The position numbers were made by a program, and so were the translations under genes. A DNA stretch of 38,683 bases from a virus. Taxonomy: Duplodnaviria > Caudoviricetes. Numbering within the stretch: the stretch's first letter is position 1; every line of letters begins with the position of its first letter. Shown here piece after piece: positions 25,858 through 33,716 of this stretch. The notes under the pieces are model-generated. The model was not told the origin of the DNA. It saw nothing but the letters and a program-made list of their open reading frames with translations, and searched no databases. The stretch lies in IMG/VR virus record IMGVR_UViG_3300026299_000007, positions 1-38,683 of that record, one strand, 5' to 3'.

Positions 25858-26586
25858 CTACCCCAGCGAGAACTCAAAGTCCATTTGTGGTTCGACCTGG
25901 TCGGCGGTTTCCGGCTTGGGTGGCAGGAGGCCATCGCGGCGGGCCTGCCAGATCACCTGGCGGACGTGGGCGAAGCTTCTGCCGGTAGCGCGAACGATAT
26001 CGGCGCGCGGGCTTCCGGCGGCTTCCATGCGCAGCATGGTCTCGGCGGCGTCGCGCTTTTCCTGGGCAACGAGGCGGCGGCGGTCCTGCTCGAGCAGCCG
26101 GGCAATGCGCGCTTCGGCCCGGAGGTGGCCGACGCGGGCGCTGTCGAGCAGGCGGTGGACGTCGATCACCTGGCCGGTGAGCAGGACCATCTGGTCGCGC
26201 ATCTTGCCGATCTCCTGCGCTAGGGAGATGTTGAAGGACGCCGCTTCGACGCCGGGCTTGACGTAGGCGCCGGTTCTCCGAATAGACGGCAGCACCTCTT
26301 CGGTAACCCAGTCGATAAACGGGGCGGCCTGCGGCTTGTCGCTGCGCAGGATGCCGCGGTACAGGCCGCGCTCGTGAATAACCAGCATGTCCTGGGTGCC
26401 GCCAGGGGTCGGCACTGAACGCCGACCCTTGTATTCGTCCGGGACAAGGCGGGCAAAATCCTTTGCTTCACGGTAGCCGAGAGCGTCTGAAACGTCCTTG
26501 GCCAGGACCCAGAAGCTGTCACCGTCTTCAGTAGGGAAGATCCGAATAGCGGTAGTGTGAAATTTGACTTCAGTCATGGGGTTCAT
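25858..26586 (-). CDS. Bro-N domain antirepressor-like protein
   Basis: FW..AKDVS.ALGY, TPGG.Q.M.VI.E.GLY..I.RS.KP.A..F..WVT.EVLPSIR.TG.Y motifs. Confidence 0.9.
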   Translation of the reverse strand: MNPMTEVKFHTTAIRIFPTEDGDSFWVLAKDVSDALGYREAKDFARLVPDEYKGRRSVPTPGGTQDMLVIHERGLYRGILRSDKPQAAPFIDWVTEEVLPSIRRTGAYVKPGVEAASFNISLAQEIGKMRDQMVLLTGQVIDVHRLLDSARVGHLRAEARIARLLEQDRRRLVAQEKRDAAETMLRMEAAGSPRADIVRATGRSFAHVRQVIWQARRDGLLPPKPETADQVEPQMDFEFSLG

Positions 26587-26822
26587 GCGGGTACTCCTTC
26601 CAGTTGGGCTTGAATTTCGGCGGCGTCGCTGGCCAGTCGCCTGGCGAGGATGTCGACGACGTCGAGCAGGTCGAGCGCAAGGCATTGGGCGGCGATCGGG
26701 TCCGGGAGGCTGGTGCGCGCCAATGCGAGATTGGCGGCAACGGCGACGGAGGCGAGGCGGCCGGCTTGCAGGGAGAGGGGTTCGCGGCTGGGCGCCGCGG
26801 GCACGGGGGGAGGATGGTGCAT
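26583..26822 (-). CDS. Small leader protein at the icd position of a c4-icd-ant type operon
   Basis: 79 aa; the ACAGGAG RBS overlaps the b2 antisense target; ATGA coupling to the Bro-N gene. Sequence homology to Icd not established. Confidence 0.65.
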   Translation of the reverse strand: MHHPPPVPAAPSREPLSLQAGRLASVAVAANLALARTSLPDPIAAQCLALDLLDVVDILARRLASDAAEIQAQLEGVPA

Positions 26823-26831
26823 GGCAATACT

Positions 26832-27028
26832 CCTGTATAGCGGTCTTGAAATCCGCCTCCTCGTCGCCAAACGAGGGGGGCGGAACCGTGCAGGTTGGCG
26901 AACCGGATACAGGCACCGGCAGGGCCGAAGCCCTCCCGCACGGCCCGCCCGAAACTGGGAGAGCCACGCAACGGACGTAAAAAAACCGCTCTGGGCGGTA
27001 CGTCCGCCTGTAATTCCGGGTCGCCAAA
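26832..27028 (-). ncRNA. c4: P1/P7-type C4 antisense RNA with a1b1 and a2b2 targets
   Basis: On the - strand: TTTGGCGA (27021-28) and TACAGG (27007-12), then a hairpin with a T tract, then a cloverleaf with a cUUCGg loop carrying the complements CCTGTA (26908-13) and TCGCCAA (26895-901), then TTTGGCGA (26864-71) and TACAGG (26832-37) again at the RBS. Confidence 0.82.
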
Positions 27029-27058
27029 CCCGGTCGCGACATCTGCCGCGACATGAGG

Positions 27059-27088
27059 ATCGTAAGCCCGGAAGAAACGAATTGTCAA
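27059..27088 (-). promoter_or_regulatory. Sigma70-like promoter of the c4-antirepressor operon
   Basis: TTGACA-N18-TACGAT on the - strand. Confidence 0.7.
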
Positions 27089-27109
27089 CAGGGTGACCAT
27101 AGCGGCGCT

Positions 27110-27583
27110 TCAGCCCTCGAACAGCCCGAGCTGGCGCACCTGGTCGGTGTCCAGGCCGCCGATGGTCTGGCCGGGGGTGCGCTTGAGGATGCTGCGGATC
27201 TGGCGGTCGGTGAGCAGGTAGTCGGCGGTGAGCTGGGCGACGCGCACGCCCTGGCCGTAGGCGGCGATGATCTGGCGGTCGCGGATGTCGCGCATGGCAG
27301 CGGCGCAGCGCGGGATGGGCAGGCGCTGGCCGCCGTAGTTGCTGGTCAGCGCGGCAGTGGCCTGGTCGCCGATGAGGGCGACCAGGCGCAGGCGGGCCTG
27401 GCTGTTGAGCTTGTCGCCGGTGGGCACGCAGAGGATTTGACCGGGAAAGGCATTGACCAGCGCGAGGGTGGGCGCCAGGCCGACGAGGGCGATCATCTCG
27501 CGCACCGAGGCGGGGAGATTGTCGGTGGCGAGGGCGTCGATGCGGGCTAGGCGTGGCTCGGCGGCTGGCTGGGGGGCGTTCAT
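27110..27583 (-). CDS. mor: Mor/C-family transcription activator
   Basis: LP.....I..LVG...TL.LV..F.G, YGG..L.IP.C and RDR.I...Y...HTH (L...Y.LT.RQI..IL). Confidence 0.9.
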   Translation of the reverse strand: MNAPQPAAEPRLARIDALATDNLPASVREMIALVGLAPTLALVNAFPGQILCVPTGDKLNSQARLRLVALIGDQATAALTSNYGGQRLPIPRCAAAMRDIRDRQIIAAYGQGVRVAQLTADYLLTDRQIRSILKRTPGQTIGGLDTDQVRQLGLFEG

Positions 27584-28095
27584 TTTGCGGGCGGCCCGAT
27601 GAACAGGCGCGCTTCGGCCTCGCGGCGCAGGTGGACGGGGTAGCTGGGGTCCCGGGCGGGGCTGCTATCGTTGAAGCGGAAGATCTGGGCGACCGCAGAG
27701 GCACTCTCCCCTTTGTTGAGGAAAGCGCGCAGCGGCGAGCGCTCGAAGGCGCGGATGCCGATATCGAAAATCAGGCTAACCAGGGCGTCGAACTCGTGCT
27801 GGGCAAGAACGACCCGAGTCGTCGCGTTCAGGTACAGCGCGATCGGCGAGAGGTCCCGCTCAAGCAGGACTTCGGCCTCGGAGCGGGCGATCGGCGGGCA
27901 GAGCATGAAGATCTCGTGGGGGTGGACGCGGTGGCCGTAGCCGATGGCGTGGTAGCCATTGCGGTGCAGGTATGGCTCGGGACGGAAGGGATCGAAGCGG
28001 CGAATGATGGCCAGGCCCGGCTCGCCAACCGTCAGCCGGGCGGGCTGCGCGGGGTTGGCGGGGTCGGTGTGGCGGCGGGTGGGCATGGTGCTCAT
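27580..28095 (-). CDS. GH24 (phage lysozyme)-fold protein with a degenerate active site
   Basis: GL.II..F, IGYGH, Q.EFDALVS..F.IG and RR.AE..LF are retained, but the E-x8-D/C-x5-T triad reads D-x8-H-x5-A. Confidence 0.8.
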   Translation of the reverse strand: MSTMPTRRHTDPANPAQPARLTVGEPGLAIIRRFDPFRPEPYLHRNGYHAIGYGHRVHPHEIFMLCPPIARSEAEVLLERDLSPIALYLNATTRVVLAQHEFDALVSLIFDIGIRAFERSPLRAFLNKGESASAVAQIFRFNDSSPARDPSYPVHLRREAEARLFIGPPAK

Positions 28096-28105
28096 GGCGC
28101 GTTCC

Positions 28106-28354
28106 TTACAGGCGCTGCCCGCGGCGGCCGATGCTCGGCCGGCCGACGGGGCGATGGACGGCGGCAAAGGTGTCGGCATAGGCGATGGCGGCGACTTCGA
28201 GGATGCACCACGGCCAGATGAGGTAGGCGGCGATGACGTTGGCCAGGGCCTGGGCGGGCGGCTGCTGGGTCATCGGGTAGACGAGGCGTAGCTGGCGCGG
28301 GGTGAGGGGGAGTTTTTCGGGCGGTGGGCGCTTGGTGTGGGCGGTGGTAAGCAT
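28106..28354 (-). CDS. Hypothetical protein
   Basis: AGGAG RBS before MLTTAH; 82 aa with a hydrophobic segment. Confidence 0.5.
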   Translation of the reverse strand: MLTTAHTKRPPPEKLPLTPRQLRLVYPMTQQPPAQALANVIAAYLIWPWCILEVAAIAYADTFAAVHRPVGRPSIGRRGQRL

Positions 28355-28422
28355 GGTGGACTCCTGGCAGTGGGCACGGTGGCGACGGTGGGGCGGGCGA
28401 TGGGCGGGCGATGGGCGCTGGC

Positions 28423-28710
28423 TCAGGGGTTGCCGGCGACCCAGTCGCGAAAGCGCTTGCCGGGCACGAACTTGGCGACGCGCCGGCCGGGGATGCTGCA
28501 TTCGGCGCCGGTCTTGGGGTTGCGGCCAAGGCGCGGCAGGCGGCTGCGGGCGTGGAACTTGCCGAAGCCGGGCACGGTGACGCTTTCTTCCTTGGTGGTG
28601 CCGAGGGTCTCGGAGATGACGTCGGCGGCGGTTTCGAGGACGTCCTTGACGACGCCCTGGGCGATGCCGCTGACGTTGGCGACGGTGCGGATGAGTTCGT
28701 CGGTTTTCAT
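28423..28710 (-). CDS. HU/IHF-family DNA-binding protein
   Basis: M...ELI..VA, V.VPGFGKF, R.GRNPKTG and KF.PGK signature motifs; AGGAG RBS. Confidence 0.93.
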   Translation of the reverse strand: MKTDELIRTVANVSGIAQGVVKDVLETAADVISETLGTTKEESVTVPGFGKFHARSRLPRLGRNPKTGAECSIPGRRVAKFVPGKRFRDWVAGNP

Positions 28711-28723
28711 GGGGTGACTCCTT

Positions 28724-28909
28724 TCAAAGGTGGAGGAAAAACACGCATTCGTCGGCGGCACAGCTGCCGAGGCTGTCGTCGCCGTGGTGGGTGATCCAGG
28801 CGGCGATGGCTTGCTCGACGTCTGGCGGCTGGGCGTGGTCGGGGTGCTGCGGGTCCGGCGCTGCCAGGGTTGCGGCAGGGCCGACCTTTGAGAGCGCCGG
28901 GGCGTTCAT
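28724..28909 (-). CDS. Hypothetical protein
   Basis: 61-aa ORF with ATGA coupling to the upstream gene. Confidence 0.4.
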   Translation of the reverse strand: MNAPALSKVGPAATLAAPDPQHPDHAQPPDVEQAIAAWITHHGDDSLGSCAADECVFFLHL

Positions 28910-29175
28910 GGCACTTTCCGTTGATACTTGTCGCACCTGGCGGATTCGCGCGTCGCCATTCCCGCTGGCGCGGGCGTCAATAGATGGGCGCAGCGCAGAG
29001 AAGAACCGATGCTCTCGTCTCCTTTGGTGAACAGCCGTATTTCAGAGAAGTCGCAGCCAATGCAGGTCTGCTCAGGCCCTAAGACCTGGCCATTCCTGCG
29101 CAGCTGAGCTGCGGTTTTCCAAGCAATGCTGGCCCGGAACTGCTCGGTTTTCGTTCCGTTGGAATCTGCCTTCAT
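28906..29175 (-). CDS. Hypothetical Cys-rich protein
   Basis: 89 aa with CxxC...C...C; packs tightly into the operon. Confidence 0.55.
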   Translation of the reverse strand: MKADSNGTKTEQFRASIAWKTAAQLRRNGQVLGPEQTCIGCDFSEIRLFTKGDESIGSSLRCAHLLTPAPAGMATRESARCDKYQRKVP

Positions 29176-29178
29176 GGC

Positions 29179-29796
29179 TCAGGCTGTCGACACGTCCAGG
29201 GCGATCGGCTGGTACTCGCCCTTGACGTCGCGCTCGTAGATGCGCAGGTAGGTCTTGCTGCCGACGACCTGGATGCTTTCTGAAATGGCTTTCATGGCCA
29301 GCTGCCAGCGCTCGTCGGCGATCTCCAGGCGGCGCAGGGCGAGGACGCGGACGGTGTTGATGTTGCCCTGCTTGTCGACGTTGAAGGCGTCATTGACGAG
29401 CACCTGCAGCTCGGGGGTGCTGCCTTGCGCCCAGTCGTGGATGCACTCATCGATGAGGGCCTTGGCGGCCATGAGGCGTTCGTCGAAGCGCAGGTGCTCG
29501 GAGATGGCGCGCAGGACCTTGTAGCGGCCGTCGAAGCTCATCAGGGTAACGTTGCCCTTGTTGCCGCCGACGCGGGTGCCGTACTGCTCGGCGGAGAGCT
29601 CGACGAAGGCGCCGATATCGCCGAAGGCGGCGCCCTTGAAGGTGGCGATCTGGCTGCTGAGGGTCTTGGCCTTGGCGACGATGTCGGCGACGAGCTTGTC
29701 GCGCTCGATGTCGATGGCCTTGACGGTCTCGGCGGGCACGAGGCGGCCGGCGGCGTCTTGCATGTAGCCTTTGGGGAGCACTGCGGGGGTGGTCAT
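29179..29796 (-). CDS. DUF3164-family protein (conserved in Mu-like phages)
   Basis: GY..DA.GRLVP...VK.ID..RD, GG.KGNVTL.SFDG and SKTY.R.YER motifs. Confidence 0.88.
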   Translation of the reverse strand: MTTPAVLPKGYMQDAAGRLVPAETVKAIDIERDKLVADIVAKAKTLSSQIATFKGAAFGDIGAFVELSAEQYGTRVGGNKGNVTLMSFDGRYKVLRAISEHLRFDERLMAAKALIDECIHDWAQGSTPELQVLVNDAFNVDKQGNINTVRVLALRRLEIADERWQLAMKAISESIQVVGSKTYLRIYERDVKGEYQPIALDVSTA

Positions 29797-29840
29797 GGGG
29801 CTTTCCTTTCGTGGGTGGGTGGTTTTGTTGGGGTGCGGGG

Positions 29841-29999
29841 TTAATCAAAGAGGTCGCCGGTGATGGTCTGGCAGGCGATGAAGGTGCAGGCGCCGCCACA
29901 CATCAGCCAGCCGCCTTCGAGCATCAGCGCCTCGTCGAAGAGCTTGATGCCGCAGACCCACAGGGCGCCCCAGATGATTGCTTTCAGCACTTGCCACAT
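29841..29999 (-). CDS. Small membrane protein
   Basis: 52 aa with two hydrophobic segments; GGAGAGG RBS. Confidence 0.55.
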   Translation of the reverse strand: MWQVLKAIIWGALWVCGIKLFDEALMLEGGWLMCGGACTFIACQTITGDLFD

Positions 30000-30018
30000 G
30001 ACGCCTCTCCAATGCCTG

Positions 30019-30328
30019 TCAGCCAGCGCTGACGCGCTTGGCGACCCGCTTGCAGCGGTCGCAGAGACGGTTGCCGGCATGCGCGCTGGCGAAGAGGAAG
30101 CCGCAGCCCAGGCACTTGCGGCCGCCGGGCTTGCTGGGGTGAGTGGGTGCTGGAAGCTCCGAGCGCGAGCGGCTGGGTAGCGGCGGCGGCAGGCCGGCGG
30201 CTGCTGATGCTGGTGCGGTTGGTGCCCAGACGTGCGGCGATTTCATTTAGGAGCATGCCGTCTTCACGCCAGTCGAGCATCGTGGCGTCTTCTTGCGGGG
30301 TCCAGGTGCGCCGGGTGCCGGCAGTCAT
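30019..30328 (-). pseudogene. Frameshifted GcrA/Myb-like HTH plus C4 zinc-finger gene
   Basis: One frame gives WTPQED..M......G....EIAARLG..R.SI.SR. A second frame continues GLPPP...RKCLGCG..F.S...GNRLC..CK to the stop at 30019. Junction near 30195. Confidence 0.6.
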
Positions 30329-30519
30329 GGGTATCTCCTACAGGCCTTGTTCCAGGCGACGGTCCAGACCAGGCCCTGGTAATTACACTGGTCGGCGGCA
30401 TACCAGAAGCGCATCCAGAAACGGCAAAAAACGCAGATGAGCAGGCCGAGCAGCCAGCCGACGAGGATGCCGAGCAGCACGTAGGGGGCGGCGGCGCCGA
30501 GCGGTGACGAGGCGATCAT
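30325..30519 (-). CDS. Small membrane protein
   Basis: 64 aa with one strong hydrophobic helix; ATGA overlaps on both sides. Confidence 0.55.
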   Translation of the reverse strand: MIASSPLGAAAPYVLLGILVGWLLGLLICVFCRFWMRFWYAADQCNYQGLVWTVAWNKACRRYP

Positions 30520-30911
30520 GGCCGCCCTCCTTCCCGCCGTTCTTCGTCCCAGACGATGGTGACGCCGGTGGATGGGTCGCGGGCTTGCCATTGCTCGAAG
30601 CGCACGCCAGCGAGCTGCTTGTGGCCGGTGCTGTGCATTTCGTCCTTGAGCAGCTGGTGCAGGCGCGGGCAGTCGCGCACGCAGACGGTGGCGCCGCGCA
30701 GGGTGCTGGCGGAGAAGGCCATGATCTCTATGCGGTTGCGGTCGAGCCAGCGCTGGGTGCGTTCGAGCTTGGAGAGGACGGTGGCAAAGTCCATCTGCAG
30801 GCCGTTGGGGCGGATGCGCCAGAGGCCTGTCGCCGGTCCGGTGAGACCTGGAACGGCGGCTGGGGCCGCGGCGGCTGCGGGCAGTGGGAAGCCGATGACG
30901 ATGCCGTTCAT
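30516..30911 (-). CDS. Hypothetical early protein
   Basis: 131-aa ORF with AGGAG RBS, coupled to neighbours. Confidence 0.65.
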   Translation of the reverse strand: MNGIVIGFPLPAAAAAPAAVPGLTGPATGLWRIRPNGLQMDFATVLSKLERTQRWLDRNRIEIMAFSASTLRGATVCVRDCPRLHQLLKDEMHSTGHKQLAGVRFEQWQARDPSTGVTIVWDEERREGGRP

Positions 30912-31471
30912 GATTGACTCCTTCTCTGGCGTGGGGGGGTGGACGTGGTGGCTGCGGCTGCTGTGCCGGCGGCGGCTTCCCTGGCGGCCTTGGCCTTGCT
31001 GCGCTGGGTGGCGACGAGGGCGGCGGCGACTTTGTGCAGCTCCTCGAAGCTCATCATTTCCAGGCGCCTGGTGAGGCCGCCGGACTGGCGCTTGGCGACG
31101 CCTTCGGCATAGGTTCGTCCGGCGCCGAGGGCGCGGCAGGTGGCGAATATCTTGCGCAGCAACGGGCGCTTTTCTTCGCTGGCCTTGTCGACGAAGCCCC
31201 AGTCGCCGGCGACCCTGGCCTTGGCGGGCTTGGTGGAATCGCCAGGGCGGCGCTGGATGAGCGGGGCAAGGTCATCGATGAGCTTGCCGAGGGTGGCGAG
31301 GTCGAGATCCGCAGCGCTGCGCTTGCCGGTGCGGATTTCCAGCACGGTGCGGTACTCGTCTTCGCTCCAGCCGGCGTCGCGGCGTAGGCAGTGGAGGTGG
31401 GCGAGTCGGGCGCGGCGCACCTGGCTTTCGACGGTGGGCAGGGTCGAGGCCTGTTTTTCCATGGCGCTCAC
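30908..31471 (-). CDS. gemA: GemA/gp16-like protein (DUF1018)
   Basis: LA.LH......G.SEDEYR..L...TGKRSA.DL motif; Mu early-region position. Confidence 0.8.
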   Translation of the reverse strand: MSAMEKQASTLPTVESQVRRARLAHLHCLRRDAGWSEDEYRTVLEIRTGKRSAADLDLATLGKLIDDLAPLIQRRPGDSTKPAKARVAGDWGFVDKASEEKRPLLRKIFATCRALGAGRTYAEGVAKRQSGGLTRRLEMMSFEELHKVAAALVATQRSKAKAAREAAAGTAAAATTSTPPRQRRSQS

Positions 31472-31791
31472 CAGGTGCCCTCCTCTGCACAGACGCCTTC
31501 GCGGAAGGCGCCGGACTCGGCGAGGACGTCGGCGGCGAGCTGCTCGACGGCATAGACGCCGTAGTTGCCGGCGTCGTCGTGCGAGAGGGCGACGTCGTGC
31601 ATCAGCTGTACGGCATCGCGCAGAGCGGCCTTGTCGATGGCGTCACCAAAGACGTTCTTGAGGGTGTCGAGCTGGCTGGCCATTTTTGCCAGCAGGGCGA
31701 CGGACGGGCGATCGGCAAGAGCCTTGCGGGAGCGGGCGCGAATGCGCGTGACGCCGTGGACTGTAATGGCTGGGGCAGCGGTGTTATTCAT
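31468..31791 (-). CDS. Hypothetical early protein
   Basis: 107-aa ORF with GAGGAG RBS, coupled to neighbours. Confidence 0.6.
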   Translation of the reverse strand: MNNTAAPAITVHGVTRIRARSRKALADRPSVALLAKMASQLDTLKNVFGDAIDKAALRDAVQLMHDVALSHDDAGNYGVYAVEQLAADVLAESGAFREGVCAEEGTW

Positions 31792-32246
31792 GCGTCGATC
31801 TCCTCTGGCTGGCGTGGCGTGGTGGATGGCTTGCTGTAGTGCGGTTGCGGCGGCCTGGGCCTTGGCGGGTCGCTGGGCTGAGCGGCGCCACCGGGGCGGT
31901 GCTCGCAGGTCTGGCAGCGGCGGCGCAGGTCGAGGGCGGCCGGGTCCCAGGTGGGCACGGGGGCGGCGTTGGTTTCGAGGCAGAACGAGGCCTGCACGTC
32001 GACGCCGAGGTAGGGGCAGCGGTAGCGGTCGAAGATTTCGAGCACGCGCCGGGCGATGTTGTCGGGCCGGGCCGGGTAGTTGCCGTTGATGACCAGCGAC
32101 AGGGCGGCACGGCCGCAGCCCTGGCCGAGGCGCTCGGCGACGCCCTGCCGGCCGCGCGGGTCGGACGCAACGGCATCGCAGAGGATGGCGAACCAGCGCT
32201 CTTCCATGTACTCGGCGTAGTGCTGGGAGATGGGCTTGTGGCTCAT
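31788..32246 (-). CDS. HTH plus Cys-motif early protein
   Basis: VAERLG..RAALSLVINGNYP HTH followed by CPYLG...C...C..C. Confidence 0.7.
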   Translation of the reverse strand: MSHKPISQHYAEYMEERWFAILCDAVASDPRGRQGVAERLGQGCGRAALSLVINGNYPARPDNIARRVLEIFDRYRCPYLGVDVQASFCLETNAAPVPTWDPAALDLRRRCQTCEHRPGGAAQPSDPPRPRPPQPHYSKPSTTPRQPEEIDA

Positions 32247-32890
32247 TCGACCACCTCGCCGCGCTCGACCTGGTCGGCCGCTTCGTTGGCGCCTTCGAGG
32301 CGCACGAGCTTGTGGATGTTGGGGTCGTAAATGACCTTGAGGCGAGTGATCATCGGCGCGCGCGGCTTGGCGCGGTGGGCCTGGGCGACGGCCCAGACGG
32401 TGGCGATGCCGCCCTTGCCGGTGCCCTTGCCGGGCTCGATCACATCCAGGTAGCCGGCCTTGCCGAGCAGGCTGCAATAGGTGGCGGCGGTGCCGGGCTT
32501 GACGTCGGCGATGTGGGCAACGAAGTGGTGGGTGAAGTTGTCGAGCGCGGTCATCGCCGCCCACATGGCCTCGGTGCCGTGACCTTGGGTGACTTCGCTG
32601 CCGTCGCGGCGCACCCGGGGGGCTTCGACGCCGGCATTCCTGTTTAAGGCCCAGTAATATTTAACGCGCCCGCCTTCGCGGGCCTCGTGGGCGAGCACGA
32701 CGAAGCCGGCGGCGGTAAGGGCTTTGAGGTATTCGCGCACGGGCTCCATTTCGACCTTGCACAGCCGCGACAGGGTCTCGGTGCTGTAGGTCTGCGGGCC
32801 GTTGGCTTCGGCGCGGCGCATGGCTTCCCAGATGCGCTGCCGGGTGCTCTTGCCGCCGGCGAGCTCGACGACTGCGGGCTGGCGGCTCAT
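32243..32890 (-). CDS. Conserved Mu-like early protein with tandem winged-HTH motifs
   Basis: RQRIWEAMR...YLKAL.AAG and MW.AM...Y...L.KAGYL repeats; directly after MuB. Confidence 0.72.
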   Translation of the reverse strand: MSRQPAVVELAGGKSTRQRIWEAMRRAEANGPQTYSTETLSRLCKVEMEPVREYLKALTAAGFVVLAHEAREGGRVKYYWALNRNAGVEAPRVRRDGSEVTQGHGTEAMWAAMTALDNFTHHFVAHIADVKPGTAATYCSLLGKAGYLDVIEPGKGTGKGGIATVWAVAQAHRAKPRAPMITRLKVIYDPNIHKLVRLEGANEAADQVERGEVVE

Positions 32891-33651
32891 CAGCGAACCC
32901 TCCGCTTGACGCCGGCCTGCTGGAGCTGGCGATCGCCCCAGCGGTTGAGGTCGCAGCCGTCCCAGCCTTCCCCCATGCCGGTGCCGTGGATGATGCCGAG
33001 GTTGTTGTTCACCCGGCGCACGCTGCCGTTGGCGATCTTGACCAGGTGGGCGAGGAGGTCGTCGGCGATGGGGAAGTCGGGGAACTTGTGGCGGGCCAGG
33101 ACGCGGGCGTCGTCAAGGCCGACGGCTTCGGCGTAGAGGGTGTCGAGCACGCGGCCGTCGAACTTTTCCCACTTCGCGAGCTTGGCGGGCATGGCTTCCT
33201 CGCCGACGAGGATGATGCTGGCGCGGCTCTTCTCGTAGAGGCTGAAGACGGACATCACCATGGCCTTGTCGACGATGAAGTCGAACTCGTCGATGATCAG
33301 CGGCCGGCGCGCCTGGTGCAGCTGCGCGGCAACGATATCGATCAGCTCCCAGGTGGCGCCCTTGGGTTCGAGACCGAGCACCTTGCAGAGATTGACGAGC
33401 AGGCTTTTCTTGGTGATGAAGTCGTCGAGCTGCAGGTAGTAGGCGCGATGGCGGGCGCGCGCCCAGGCGGCGGCGACGCTCTTGCCGTAGCCGCTGGGGC
33501 CGCTGACGACCATCATGCCGGGGTCGTTGGGGCCACGGCCGGAGAGGCGATAGATGGCCTGCTCCATCACGCCGATGTTGGCCAGCGGGGCGATCTGGCC
33601 GCCGCTGGGGGTGGCCTGTTGGGCTTGGTACGGTGTTGCGCTTTGTGTCAT
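32890..33651 (-). CDS. MuB: MuB-like AAA+ transposition ATPase
   Basis: Walker A GPSGYGKS, Walker B LIIDEFD; downstream of the transposase. Confidence 0.92.
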   Translation of the reverse strand: MTQSATPYQAQQATPSGGQIAPLANIGVMEQAIYRLSGRGPNDPGMMVVSGPSGYGKSVAAAWARARHRAYYLQLDDFITKKSLLVNLCKVLGLEPKGATWELIDIVAAQLHQARRPLIIDEFDFIVDKAMVMSVFSLYEKSRASIILVGEEAMPAKLAKWEKFDGRVLDTLYAEAVGLDDARVLARHKFPDFPIADDLLAHLVKIANGSVRRVNNNLGIIHGTGMGEGWDGCDLNRWGDRQLQQAGVKRRVR

Positions 33652-33716
33652 GATGCGAGCTCCAGTTGGGAGTGGTGAGTACTGCTTGCCACTCGTTGCA
33701 TGTCGGGCGCCTGTCT

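Noticed and set aside
26570..27100. 176-aa ash-like ORF and the long upstream extensions of the Bro-N ORF
   Set aside because: They overlap the c4 RNA, its promoter and targets; the sequence is better explained as structured RNA
27101..27112. TGAAGCGC half-site at the mor stop codon as another late box
   Set aside because: Only half of the palindrome, and no -10 at the 26-nt spacing
28376..28420. GGGCGGGCGAT short tandem repeats after the HU gene
   Set aside because: Low-complexity intergenic sequence with no supportable function
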